In this document: piece after piece, positions 37,128-49,884 of the stretch
Numbering within the stretch: position 1 is the first letter of the stretch
How the letters are laid out: the number at the start of each line of letters is the position of its first letter
Source of the DNA: Camelus ferus
Lineage: Eukaryota
Direction: 5' to 3'
Assembly (NCBI RefSeq): GCF_009834535.1
Contig: NC_045697.1
Span: 64,482,001 to 64,546,000, forward strand
DNA length: 64,000 nucleotides
Program-made: the position numbers and the translations under genes
The notes under the pieces: generated by a model
The model's input: only the letters and a program-made list of their open reading frames with translations
The model's database searches: none
Told to the model about the DNA's origin: nothing

Positions 37128-40100
37128 TGGACTTCTGGCTTCCAATCTCACATGTATGAAGTTTGGAAGTTGCCACTTCAACCTAAAAACAAGTAAAATG
37201 CTAAACACACTGAAAAAAGAAAAAACTCTTGCATCCATAAGAGAGGGGAGGACACATGGCAAGCTACTGCCCCAAGACAGGTAATACCTGAAGGCATGGC
37301 CTATCAGAAGAGACTTAAAGCAGAAACCACCACAGAAAATGGTGCCAGGTGGGAAAACCTAAACTGTAGTTGATGAATTACTGCAGGCTTAAGGCAGAAA
37401 ACTCAGAATTAAAAATCCCACGGTCTAGTTTTAGTTGACCCCCACAATATTTTGAAACTTACCTCTAGGAGCTTGATTAGTTTTCCTAGGTAAATATCTG
37501 GCAAGAGGCGGGGAGGGATGGGGGAATAATTTTGAAATATGCTACAGCATTCTGTTCTTCTTAAGAAGGTCTACCCTCGGGGAAAACTATTTATCCAAAC
37601 CCTAAGCTGCTGGGGCAGTATTAGAGACTGATGTGGGAGGAAGAAAACACCCAGTCCAGCCCACTTAAGCCATTTTGTCCCACCTAAAGAGGAAAAAAAC
37701 GCTGAGAAACTCATGAAGTTCACATTCCAAGAACATAGGTTGACTAAAAGCCTGAGACCTAATTAAAGGGCTATAAATGCTTACCTTCCTTTCACACCTT
37801 ACCACCACATTACTAAGGCCTATTTATATCAGTTCTTCTTGCCCAATACAACATGATCAGCTATCAAGAAAAAATTATAAGGTGTTCCAAAAGACAAAAA
37901 AAAAAAAAAACCAAACCAAATCAAACCAAACCAAACCAAAACAAAAACCCACACAATTTAAAGAGACAGCAAATATCAGAACCAGATATAGAAGGGATGT
38001 TTGAATTATCAACTATTATTAATTTCTCAAGGGCTCTAATGGATAAGGTAGATAGCATGCAAGAACAGATGGGCAATAGAACAGAAATCTTAAGAATAAA
38101 CCAAAAAGAAATTTGAGATAAAAATATTGTAACAGAAGTGAAGAATACTTTTGATGAGCTTATTAGTAGACAGAATACAGTTGAGTTAAAAATCTCAGAG
38201 CTAAAGGGTATACCAATAGAATCTTCACAAACCAAAATGCGAAGAGAATAAGGATTTTTTTTTTAAGAAAAAGGGCAAAATATCAAGGACTGTGGGACAA
38301 TTGCAAAAAGTATAACATACATGTAATGGGAATACCAGAAGAGGAAGAAAGTGAAAAAGAAGAAATATTCAAAACAATAAGGACTAGAAATTTCCCTAAC
38401 TCAGTCTCAGAGACCAAACCACAGATCCAGGAAGCACAGAGGACACCAAGCAAGACAAATGCAAAACAAAAGAAAACAAAACAAAAGTACAGGTAATTGT
38501 ATCATTGTCAAATGAGAAAATATCAAAGATGAAGACAAATTCTGAAATAATCCAGAGAAAAGAAACACCTTATCCATAAAGGAAAAAAGATAAGTATCAC
38601 ATACAACTTCTCAGAAACCATGCAAATGAGAGTGGGTTGAAATATTTTAAAAGTTGAGAGGGAAGTAACCAACGACCTAGAATTCTATATCCTGTGAAAT
38701 TATCCTTCAAAAGTAAAGGAGCAATAAAGACTTTCTCAAACAAAAATTGAAGGACTTTGTTGCCAGTAGACCTACCTTGCAATAATGGTCAAAATTTTTT
38801 TCAGAGATAACAAAAATAATATAGGTCAAAAACTCAGATCTGAATAAAGACAAGAATAGCATTAAAAAAAAGGATTAAATGGAGGTAAAATTGAAACTTA
38901 TGTTTTTCTTATTCTCAGTTGACTTAACAGATAACGGATTGTTCAAAATAATGCCAACAATGTATTGGAAAGTTAACAAGGATAAAGAAGAATGTTACAT
39001 AATGATAAAGGGATCAATTGTCCAAACCATCCAAAAAGACATAGCAATCCTTAATGTGTATACATCTAACATATGAGCATCAATCTATGTGAAACAAAAA
39101 CTAATAGAACTGCCAAGAGAAAAGATGAATCTTCTGTCTTACTCAAAGACTTGAACACCCATCTCTCAGAAGTAAACAGATCAATCAGGTAGAAATTATT
39201 AAAAATAGTTGAACTCAACCATATCATAAATCAACTGGATATAATTCACTTTATACACAACTTCACCCAACAATAGGAGTATAAACAATCTTCTCCAATA
39301 AACAAGGAATATTCACCAAAATAAACCACATGTTGAGTCATAAAACAACCTTAACAAATTTTAGAGAACAGAAATCAAATGATGTCTGCTCTCAGACTAC
39401 AGTGTAATTAAACTAGAAACCAGCAACAGGATGAAAACTGGAAAACCCCATAATATGAGAAGATTAAACAACATATCTTTAAAAAACAAGTGGATCTCAG
39501 AAAAAAAAATCTCAAGAAATTTTAAAATATTTTGAACTAAAGGAAAATGCAACTTATCAAAATTTGTGGGATGCAACAAAAACAATATTTAGAGGGAGAT
39601 GTATATATAGCATTGAGGGCATATATTAGAAAAGAATGATGATCTAAAATCAATAATCTAAGTTTCCACCTTAAGAAACTAGAAAAATAAGGGCAAATTA
39701 AATCAAAAGAATGCATAAGAAAAATAAGAAGAATTAGAGCAGAAATCAATGAAACTGAAAACAGGAAATCAATAGAGAAAATCAATGAAAACAAAATTCT
39801 TTCAAAGTTCTTTGAAAAGATTAATAAACTCAATAAACCTTCAGCCAGGCTAACTAAGAAAAAAGAGAAGACACAAACTACTAATATCAGAAATGAAAGA
39901 GGAAATATATTACAGATACTATGGACATTAAAAGGATAAGAAAAGAATACTTTGAACAATCCTATGCCCACTCGTGATAACCTAGATGAAATGGACCAAT
40001 TCCTTGAAAGACACAACCTGCCAAAATTTACACAAGAAAGAGACCACATGAATAGGCCTGTATCTATTAAAGAAACAGAATAAATCATTAATAACTTTCC

Positions 40101-40590
40101 CAAACAGAAAGCACCAGGCCCAGATGGGTTCAGTGGTAAATTCTATCAAATATTTAAGGAAAACTTTATACCAATTCTCTACAATCTTTTTCAGAGAATA
40201 GAGGCAAAGGACATACTTTTTAACGTACTGTATGAGGCCAGAATTTCCCTAATATCAACACTAGGCAAAGAGATTACAGGGAAAGAAAACTACAGACCAA
40301 TATCTCTCATGAACCTAAAAGCCAAAGTCCTCAATAAAATATTAGATTCCAATAATACAGAATCCAATAACGTGTACAAAGATTTATAAACCATGGCTTG
40401 GTGGAACTTATCTGAGGTATTTAAGAAGAAACCTTAAATGTATATTACTAAATGAAGGAAACCTATTGGAAACGGCTTAATAACGCATGATTCCACCTAT
40501 ATAACATTCTGGAAAGTGCAAAACTATAGAAACAATAAAAAGATCAGTACCAGGGGGTTGCTGGGGGAGGAGGAATGAATAGCCAATTCA
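37128..40590 (+). mobile_element. L1MC-type element: 5'UTR, ORF1, ORF2 endonuclease/tower/early RT, large internal deletion, partial 3'UTR
   Basis: ORF1 relic (RALMDKVDSMQEQMGN), ORF2 relic (DKEECYIMIKGSI; ccagatgggttcagtggtaaattcta; gaaaactacagaccaatatctctcatgaac), L1MC 3'UTR at 40425-40590 (acattctggaaagtgcaaaactatag). Confidence 0.85.
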
Positions 40591-40892
40591 CAGGCTAATT
40601 ATTTACATTAATTTAAACTTCTTGATGGCAAGGTTTTTCTCTTGCATCCTCTATCACTAAGATTTACAATGGCACATAGTAGGGACAGTTTCTTCCAGGA
40701 TGCAATGTTTGAGTTTCTATCTTGGCCATTCCAGGGCAAGATAAAATTCTATGTTCAGTTTTAAAGGCCCCAGTTCCATTTCAGGCCTGTGCCAAGAAGT
40801 CTTGCCTGGCTGCTTTGTTCAATTTAACATCTTCAATAATTCCTGGTGAGTCAGTTATCACGTTGTCATGGAGTGTCTTCCACTCTTGCTTC

Positions 40893-41160
40893 TGTGGCAG
40901 CCCCAGAGGTACACTCCTCAGATCTCCCCTCCAGAAGAACTGACCTGCGGCTGCAGATCCAATAGTGCTCGAGCTGAGGCCATGCTCTTCCCAGAAGCTC
41001 CTACCCAGTAACTGGGCACTGCAGGAGTGGAGCCTGGGTATTTCCATTCAAAGAAGAGTCTTCTGTGGGCAATCTGTGCTGGAGCTCCCTGGTGGGCTGG
41101 CCGAAACAGTTGCACTGCAGTTCTACATGCCTCTGCCACCTATCCACCCTCCCTACTCCC
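40893..41160 (+). mobile_element. ERVL LTR16B-like LTR fragment
   Basis: tgtggcagccccagag...ctcagatctcccctccagaagaac...gaggccatgctcttcccag...gggcaatctgtgctggagctccctggtgggctggccgaaac. Confidence 0.7.
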
Positions 41161-43229
41161 ATGGAAGTAATGAAGCAGGACAAATGTATTATGAAAATAT
41201 CTGGAATAATAAATTCAGAGATCCTCCAGTTCAATTCTGCCATTGTGAGATATGAAACATACTATAACCTAATTGCTTTTTCTATTCACTTTGACTTGGT
41301 TTTTTTTGATAAGACAGAATTTAAATATGTTACTTGATTCAAATTTATTTTGCCTCTCCAGTTAATATGGAGGTCATGAAGTGAAAAAGAACAGAAGAGA
41401 AGGAGAAGGATTAGTAAATGTAGACAGAGCTGATATGCATTTTTCAGGCTAGGCAGAATATTAACACCATAATTATTTGTGCTCCCACAATTATTTTGGT
41501 ACCCACCTTTGTAATATAAGCACTCAATTAGTCCTTGTGCAACAGTTTCTGCTCTCAAGTATCACACATGTAAATAAGGAACAGATTCATACTATGCTAA
41601 TTCAATTGAATGGATTTTCCTTTTTTTCCTAAGTTTATTTCCATTAACGATTATTCACATCTTAAAATTTAGGTGTGTCTATGAGACACTGTGCAACTTT
41701 GAAAGGTAAATAACTCCACCCCTAAAAAAATCTTTTTCGTTTAAAAAAATTGTTATTCGTTGGCTCTCCTAAACCTTTCAAATAGATTTTTAGTTTGGCT
41801 CTATTGAATATACATTTGTTTTAAACTGTTTATTGAAATGGCATTTAATTTTGGTAGAACAAAAGAAAAAAATTCATTAAACATTGATTATCACTTAACA
41901 CTAATGTTAAAATATGTTCTAAAATAGCAAAACCAAATACTATTTTATACCTTATTAGCAAAATAAATAAGCTTGAACTTAAATAGTACCTGGTGTGCAG
42001 TACCTCCCATTAAAAGTTACTTTTTTAATTGTTATTATTGCTTTATAATTTCTTAACACCTTTTAAATGTAGTACATGTTCTACCTTTGAGGATTTGCTA
42101 AGTGAAAACTGGAGTTTTTGTTTTTATTGTATTTGATCATAAGAAAAACTAAATACGTGGGGAAAAGTTTATATACTAATTGGATTTTCCCTTTATGTTC
42201 ATTATTTGAGGCCTGTGTTTCTCAAATTAAATCTGTATGCTTTTTCTATTGCTTCTTATAACACTTGTAAGTTTGAGGCATTCTCCTTAATCCAGAAATC
42301 TGATAAATATTCTCCTATATTATCTAAGCTTTAATGTTTACATCTTAGCTCAGTTACACATGGAAGTTGTTTTGGTGTGTGACCAGATGAATATCTGTGA
42401 TCTAATTTTCTATGTTTTAATTTTCCTCATGCTGCCTAACTCTTTTCACATATTTAATTATATCTCATCTAGTTTCTTGTTCTCTGGTCTTCTTAATTGT
42501 TCATTGTCTCTCTCTCTATTTTTCCTTTCTTGTTTCTCTACAACATTCCTTCATTTTCACTTTTCCTTAATTAGAACCTGAGCTTCTACCTCTGTTTTCT
42601 CCTCCTTCTCTATTCTGTGATCCATGTTAACTTTGTTTTCTCAAATCTAGTCATAAAGATTTTTAGAAAATGTTAAACCTCAGTAATTCTTTCTAATTCA
42701 AGGGAAGAAGACATAAGAGGCATAGATGCAGACAGAAGTAATCAAATATATTAGTGGATTACTTAAAATAAATCTAGGTTATTGAAATTATATATGACTA
42801 TCTTGCTGATTTCTAAAATATATAATAATAGATACATTAGAAGCAGCATAAATCAGTTAACTCTACTAAACTGAAATGTGAAAAAAAGGATGCTGAATGA
42901 AATAGAGAAAAAATTATAATCATGAACTGGGTCTTGAGTTTACTACATATTTGAAAAGAATATATTAAAAATTATAAGATTTAAAAAGATAATCTCATAT
43001 ATATTTATTAAGGATTCATAATGAATAATTGTCATATTTAAGCAATTACTCTAAGGTCAGGCTAGAAGCCATAGTGAATGAATTAGGAAAGATTTTTAGA
43101 AAACAAACCTCAAATGGAATTACTTTTTAAAGCAGAGATTCTAAGAAGGAAAGAAGAGGAGGGCATTTCAGGAATCAATAATGAAAATTGCTTCCATGCA
43201 TAAAGTAATTACTATGAAACAGACACTGT

Positions 43230-43330
43230 CATTTATTCCTCACAATGACCATGAGAAAGATATTGATTTTATGGATAGGGAAACTGAGGCATAAAAAGAT
43301 TGGCTTAAGATAAAAATGACAAAGAAAAAT
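43230..43330 (-). mobile_element. MIR remnant
   Basis: ttcctcacaatgaccatgag...ttttatggatagggaaactgaggcat. Confidence 0.7.
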
Positions 43331-43384
43331 CCTAGATAATGCAAATGCATTTTTGGTAGTTTCTGGGAGATAAAAATCAGACTA

Positions 43385-43450
43385 AAGAAGATTAAGTAGA
43401 GAGTGAATAGTGAAACAATAGATGTCATATACATGGATTCTCAGCAGTGA
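43385..43450 (+). mobile_element. Possible CR1/L3 RT remnant
   Basis: atagatgtcatatacatggatt encodes IDVIYMD, similar to CR1 VDVIYLDFSKAF; very short. Confidence 0.3.
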
Positions 43451-44027
43451 AAAGGGAAAATATATTATTGCATCTAGAGGTTTCAACAGGGGTAATAAAG
43501 GGCTTTTTTTTTTTTTTCAAAATCAGATAATGTGAAAGTGGCAAAGGACAAGTTAGTAGACACATAGTTTGAATGCATTAGCTATAGCAATTTTTTTTTA
43601 ATTTAAGGTCAATTTTGTAACTAAAGTTTTTTCAGCTTATGTTAAAATATATTTACTTATGTGAATCATTTTCTTCCTAAAGACAGGTAAAATCTGATTA
43701 TATGTACTCTATATAACACACAACAATATGTCTTTGTAGGACACCAGGTGGAATCATGGTTTCCTGAATTGTTTTCAATTATATCTCTATTATAAAAATT
43801 GCTTTATATGAATCTTTATCATACAAAAATCATTTCACTAAATCACATGCCTGATGTATTACTCTTTGCATTTGCTATAGATTCGGAAAATAAAAAATAT
43901 TTAATTGGTCAATCAGGCATTTATGGAATACAATTATATAGTCAGAGATCTAATACGTTCTCTGCAGAATCAAACGTCTAAGAAGGGAGCTTTATTCTCA
44001 AAGAGTTTAAAGCCTATGTAATGAAAA

Positions 44028-44250
44028 TAATGATAATAGCTAACACTTATTGAGCAGTCATTAAAACCATTTTAACATTCTTTATCTCACTTAATCTTTC
44101 CAGCTATCCAAAGAGGAAGGTAAATTTACCAGCATTATCTCTAAGTTAAGATGAGGGACCTAAAAGATATAGAGATTAAATAACTTACTAGGGTCATAGG
44201 GCCAGTTAGAGGAAGAGATGGGAGTAATGTCTGAGTCCTGCTTTTAACTA
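44028..44250 (-). mobile_element. MIR SINE
   Basis: ataatagctaacacttattgagc...atctcacttaatctt...agagattaaataacttactagggtcatag. Confidence 0.8.
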
Positions 44251-44689
44251 TTGAGTTTTTCCATTTTTCCTATGTAGACAGCAAAGACCAGCACAAATGA
44301 AAGGATACGTATTATTAAAATGTGGAGAGGCAACTTATCCCCTAATGCTGAATCATATAAATTTATTACTTCTTGCTCAGAGAAGAGAGAAAAGTTAGAG
44401 CTGGAGCAGCTGAGATGAGGTCGTGAGGAATTAAAGATCAGAGATTTTGGAGGGAATGAAAGTGGGCATGACTCCATAATTCTTTTCTGCTTATTTTATT
44501 ATTTTTGTGTGTATATTTAAATATTATTTCAAATTAAGAAAAAAAAGAAAGTTGAAAGAATAGCCTAAGGCACTCTCTTATACCTGTACCTCCCTATTTA
44601 TTTATATTTTGCCTCTCTCTCTCTGTCTTTCTCTCCTTCCCACTTCATTACAGCTCCTTGAGATCTATTCTATTCCATTTGAATAACTG

Positions 44690-46200
44690 TGACCAAGGAC
44701 ATGATATCTGATGCCCATATACCAAAATACAACTGTGGAACAGCATAGGATAACTGCTATAATGCCACCCATTCAAAAGGAGGAAACAGAAGACTCTCAG
44801 GAGTCACTTGTCTACAGCAATTTTTTCAATCCAGTCAGGCACATTTTGGCATTTCCTTGATTAAGGCTCAATCATATCCCTAGAATTTGTTCTCTGTGGC
44901 TCCTGCCATTCTTCAGGCTGTTGGTTCTGCTTTCTGAGCCATCCATACTTCTCCATAATGAGTAGATGATGTTTGCAGCTGAGTAGGCATCTCAGCTTGC
45001 TTCCTGCTCAAAGAAGTTTGGAGGTCCAAGGGCCTCTTTTATTTTGTACAGCTTCTCTTCCTTTCAGTACCAGTTGCTATAATTCTTTTAAAAATCTTGT
45101 GGATTTCTTATGTATCAATGTATAAGTACACTCAATTAGACAAGAGCAACACCAACAATCAGAGGTAAGCTCCACTGTATACCTTAGGTTCCCTTTTAGA
45201 CAGCTGTGGGATCACACCCTTAAGATCCTTGAGGACCCCCTCTGGCTTTGATCTTTAGCCTTAAAAATATACTCTTATTTAATTTGAGAATTGTCTGCCA
45301 TCTGGGGAGGCTAGAAATAAAAAACAGCTTTATTTTTGTACCCAGAGAGTTCTGATTCCTATATGTTTAGCAGTTTCTTCTTAGCACATCTTTCTCCTCT
45401 CACATTTTATCATAGGAAATTAGAAGAAGCCAGGTGGCACTCTAAATACTATTCTTAGAAACATCCTTAGCATTCATCATCCTTATTACTAACACTATCA
45501 AAGGAAACACGGTTGCCAAACTTTCCACCACTGAATAATAAGGGAAACTTTCCTATAGTTTCCAACAATACACGCCTTTTTTCCCCTCATCTGCAAGTTT
45601 CTCCAGTTCCTTTACCCTTTCCAAATACTCTTTTTAAATTCCTTTTAGCTTCAACTCACCTCACAGTCCCAAAGCCAAAGCTGCATGTTTTATGTTTTGG
45701 CTACACTGTACCCTAATTCCTGTACCAGAATGTATTACAAGCATTACTGATGCATGTCAGATCACTCCAAAATTTAGCAGCTTAAAACAACCACAACCAT
45801 TGATTTTTTTTTTTTTTGCAAATCAGCAGTTTGGAAATAATTCGTGAAAATAGGCTAACTTGCTCTGAGCAACATCAGTTAGGGCAGCTTGACTAGGTAT
45901 GGGATGTACTTTTAGAACAAGTATTCATCTGCCTAAGTTGGTGCTATCACCTACTAGCTCATCTGGCAATGTGGGCTGAGAATTCAGTTTCTCTCCAAAG
46001 ACTGCTTGGATTTCCTCAGCATGGTAGTTTCCAAGAGAAAGCATCCCAGTAGAGTACAGTAGAAGTGCATAGAGCTTTCATGATCTCGCTTCAGAAATCA
46101 CATTGTATCACTTTCACCATAATCTGTTTCTTGAGGCAAACACAAAGTTCTGTCCAAGTTCAAGGTAAAGACATAAAGATTCCACCACTAGAGGGGACAA
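44690..46200 (-). mobile_element. MaLR element: MLT1-int remnant (44690-45730) plus MLT1H-like LTR (45731-46200)
   Basis: Internal: aacagcataggataactgctataa, ggaaacacggttgccaaactttc, cctgtaccagaa; LTR: ccaaaatttagcagcttaaaacaacc...cagaaatcacattgtatcactttc...ccaagttcaagg. Confidence 0.75.
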
Positions 46201-47027
46201 ATGAATATTAATTTGTGTCTGGCTTCTTTTGCTAATAATGATTGTGAATTTCATCCACATTTCATATATTAGTCTTCATTGCCTCTTTATAACTAAGTAT
46301 TATCTCATTGTATGTATTTACCATGACTTGTTAATCCATTCTATTTTTGATAGACAGTTGTGTTTGGGAGTTTGTGTTTCCTCTTTTTTCTAGACTGTCT
46401 CGGCTATTCTATGCTTTTAATATTTCATTACAAATTTTAGAAGAAAGTTATCAGTATCTATTAAAAAAAACTTCTGTATTTATAACTATAATTGTTTTAA
46501 ATTCCATATCAATTTGTGAAGGATTTAATATCTAACCTTCCAAAATATGAATATAGTATATCTCTTTCATTTAGATATCTAATGTTAGCCATATTTTACA
46601 GTTTTGTTGCATAGATATTGTTTAAGTTTATTCTTTAATATTTTATATTTTATACTATTGTAGTGAAATTGTTTTAAATTTGTTTTTCATTTTTTTTTTA
46701 TGTAGGAATACAATTGATTTTTTAAATTGTCCATGAATCCTGAGACTTCACTAAACTTTTTTAATAGTTCTAGTAGTTTGTCATTATTGTTGTTTCCTTA
46801 GGCTCTTGTACATAAATATCATGACATCTGTGAAGAGGAACATTTCCCCTATTTTCTGGATTTAATGATTTCTTTTTCTTAAAAATAACACTGGTTTAGG
46901 ATTTCCACTAGACTGTTGAATCTTACAGAAAGGTTATATACCCTTTGTCCTGGATTTAGAAAAATTGTCCAATATTTCACTGTTAATTGTGATAATAGCT
47001 ATAGGCCTTTTAAATACTGGGAAACAG

Positions 47028-47456
47028 AAAAGATACATTGAAATCCTAACCCTCAAAACCTCAGAATGTGACTGTACTTGGAAATAGTGTCATTGAAGGT
47101 GCAATTAATTAAGATGAGGTCAGAGAGTAATAGGGTACGCTCCTAATCCAATATGACTGATGTCCTTATTAGAAGATAGCCATATGACACACACAGGAAG
47201 AATGCTTTGTGCAGATGAAGGCAGAGGTTAGAGTTAAGCAATTGCAAGCCAAGGAATGTCAAAGATTGCTGGCAAACCACCAGAAAGTTGCAAGAGGCAA
47301 GAAAGATTGTCTTTATAGATTTCAGAGGGAACATGGCCCTGGCAACACATTGGTTTCAGACTTCTATCCTCCAGAACTGTAAGGCAATAAATTGCTGTTG
47401 TTTTAAGGCATCAAGCTCATGGTACTTTCTTACGGCAGCCTGAGGAGACTAACACA
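47028..47456 (+). mobile_element. MaLR solo LTR (MLT1C-like)
   Basis: acctcagaatgtgactgtacttggaaatag...gccaaggaatg...ctccagaactgtaaggcaataaattgctgttgttttaagg...gagactaacaca. Confidence 0.9.
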
Positions 47457-47457
47457 A

Positions 47458-47744
47458 CAGCCTCCCCCTTATCTTTGGGGGATACACTCCAAGACCCCCA
47501 GTGGTTGCCTGAAACCACATATAGTATCAAACCTTATATAACATACATATATATGTCTTTTCCTAGATGATTCACATCCTAGGCCAGATGGAGCACGAAG
47601 GTGCAAGATTATGCTACTCAGAATGGTACACAATTTAAAATCTATGAATTATTTCTGGAAATTTCCATTTAATATTTTTGGACCATTGTGGACCAAGGGT
47701 AACTGAAACTGGAAAGCAGAACTGCAGATAATGGGGGAACTGTT
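47458..47744 (-). mobile_element. MER44/Tigger7-family MITE (TcMar-Tigger)
   Basis: Terminal inverted repeats cagcctccccttatc / gataatgggggaactg; ccaagacccccagtggttgcctgaaacc; gctactcagaatgg. Confidence 0.85.
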
Positions 47745-47820
47745 GTACACCTTAACAGACTGAAGAAATCCCTTTTATTCTAGTCTGCTGAGTTTTTTTT
47801 TTTAATCAAAAATAACAACA

Positions 47821-47992
47821 CAGTCTATAGCACGGGGAACTATATTCAATATCTTGTAGTTACCTATGGTGAAAAAGATTATGAAAAGGAATATGTGTAT
47901 GTATATGCAGGACTTTATGCTGTACACCAGAAACTGACACATTGTAAACTGATTATATGTCAATAAAAAATAGATTTTAAAAATTTTAAAAA
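47821..47992 (+). mobile_element. Short 5'-truncated camelid-type L1 3' end
   Basis: tatagcacggggaactatattcaatatcttgtag...tgtaaactgattata, similar to 25325-25480; TSD aaaaataacaaca/aagaataacgaca. Confidence 0.85.
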
Positions 47993-48000
47993 AGAATAAC

Positions 48001-48238
48001 GACAGATACAGAGAACAAACAAGGGGTTCCCAGTGGGAAGAGGCAAGTTATGGGAAGAGGACTAAGAGGTACAAATCACTAGGTATAAAATAAATAAGAT
48101 ACAAGAGTGTAATATATAGCACAGGGAATACAACCAATATTTTATAACTTTATATGTATATCAAAAATAAAAGTCACTATATTGTACCCATGAAGCTTAT
48201 ATAGTATTGTAAGTCAACTATATTTCTATTAAAAAAAA
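48001..48238 (+). mobile_element. Short 5'-truncated artiodactyl-type L1 3' end
   Basis: acagatacagagaacaaac...tatagcacagggaatacaaccaatatttt...gtcaactatatttctattaaaaaaaaa. Confidence 0.85.
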
Positions 48239-49854
48239 ATAACATGATGAATTTTTGCCAAATGCTTTTTTGGCTATTTTTGATACAATCTTATGATTTT
48301 TCTCCATTATTTTCTTCTGTTTATATAATTTAAAAGCTTTATTTCCCCCACAGTTAGCAAGTGGATTTCATATTATTTCAACTGGAAGTTTTCTTCCTAT
48401 AGTTATCATTTACATTATTTTCTTAATATAGTGAATTATATTTATTGATTTTAAAATTATAAAACAATCTTGCATTCCTGGATAAACTCCATTTAGACAT
48501 AAATAGGAATGTTTTAATGTATTTCTGGCTTACAATTGCTAACATTTTTAAAAGGTTTATGTCTATATTCATAAGAGATATGTTAAATATCTTATTTTAT
48601 AATGGTTTTGTCAGATTTCAACATCAGCCTATGTGGGTCATGTAAAATGAATTGGGATATATCCTCTTCATATATTTTGTTAGAGACTGACATTATTTCT
48701 AAATTACATAGTTGATAGAACTTACCAGTAAAATCATCTGGATCTATAGGTGCTCTTCTAGGAAGGTTTTTGATAATAAATTTTAATTTCATTGATATTA
48801 GACTTTTCAGATTTTCTATTTCCTCATTAGTAAGTTTTGGTAAGTTGGTTTTTCAAGAAAATTGTCTATTTCATAGAAATTGTTAAATATATTGATACAA
48901 AGGATTCATAATATTTCATTGTTGTCTTTTCAATGTCTGTAGGAATGGTTTTGCTAATTCCAATATCTGGATGATGAGTCTGTGCCTCTATGTGTGTCTG
49001 TATGTGCACGCTTGTGTATTTCTGCTTTTTTTGTCTTAATTGTGGCTCATATTTTCCTATATCTTCATGTGTCTAGAAACTTCTGTTTGTATGGTAGATA
49101 CTGTGGATGACAAATTTCAAGATTTTGAAATTAGCACACATCCCTTAAAACATGTTGAATTTTATTTTGGAATGCAATTAAATTACTGACAGATCATTAT
49201 GGGTTTTATTAGGCTTATTTCATGCTATGTTAAAAATGGTTCTGAGTTTTAAAATTAGTTGTAGGACTTGCTTTTATTTATAGATGATAGTTATCCTGAA
49301 AGCATGATCTTTTGGGGGCTTCAAATGAACTTGGTTTCCTCTGTGTGGTCTCCACACTCCAGCTGTTTTAAAATCCCAACATTTTCCTGCAGTGCATAAC
49401 CCTGTAATAAATGATCTCTGCAATACTGTGCAAAGATTCAGCCTTCTGACAAGGTCCTGTGCTGAATCTCCACACAGACTTGTTCCTCTTCTCTGGTATC
49501 CAGCCTTGAAAATTTCAGCCCCTTCAGAGGTCAGAACTCCAAATCTTTCAGGCTGTTCCAGGTAGCAGTACCCATGAGGCTTCTCTCCCCAAAGTGTGAT
49601 TATTGATATATATCTAAGCCTGAATTTGCATTTCTAAATGTAGCACACTAAGTAAACTAACTGCATTAAATAGGGACTTTTATACTGATTTGATTTGTAA
49701 GCCCTTCACCCTAACTTTCCAGCAGTTTTAGCCTAAGAAAAATTGAGAAAATTATGAATCAATAAAAAATGTTAAAAAAAAAAAGAAAAATTGAGAAAGA
49801 AGGGAATTTTATAATTAATACTTTCCCATGCCTTTTAGAATGCCCATATTGTGC

Positions 49855-49884
49855 CTGTTGACAATTAATCTGTTGACAATTAAT
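49855..49884. repeat. Perfect 15-bp tandem duplication (ctgttgacaattaat)x2
   Basis: Directly visible. Confidence 0.9.

Larger units (their letters stand above)
44490..49560 (-). mobile_element. Old fragmented L1ME/MC hosting MaLR, MER44 and younger L1 insertions
   Basis: Antisense L1 motifs: gtgtctggcttcttttgc, aggaatacaattgattttt, cttgcattcctggataaactcc, accagtaaaatcatctgg. Confidence 0.7.

Noticed and set aside
39537..40103. Longest ORF in the track (188 aa, hydrophobic, membrane-protein-like)
   Set aside because: It is the antisense reading of A-rich L1 ORF2; the Phe/Leu/Ile richness is a compositional artefact.
40722..41337. Dense cluster of overlapping ORFs on both strands
   Set aside because: Explained by a GC-richer LTR16B-like fragment with fewer stop codons.
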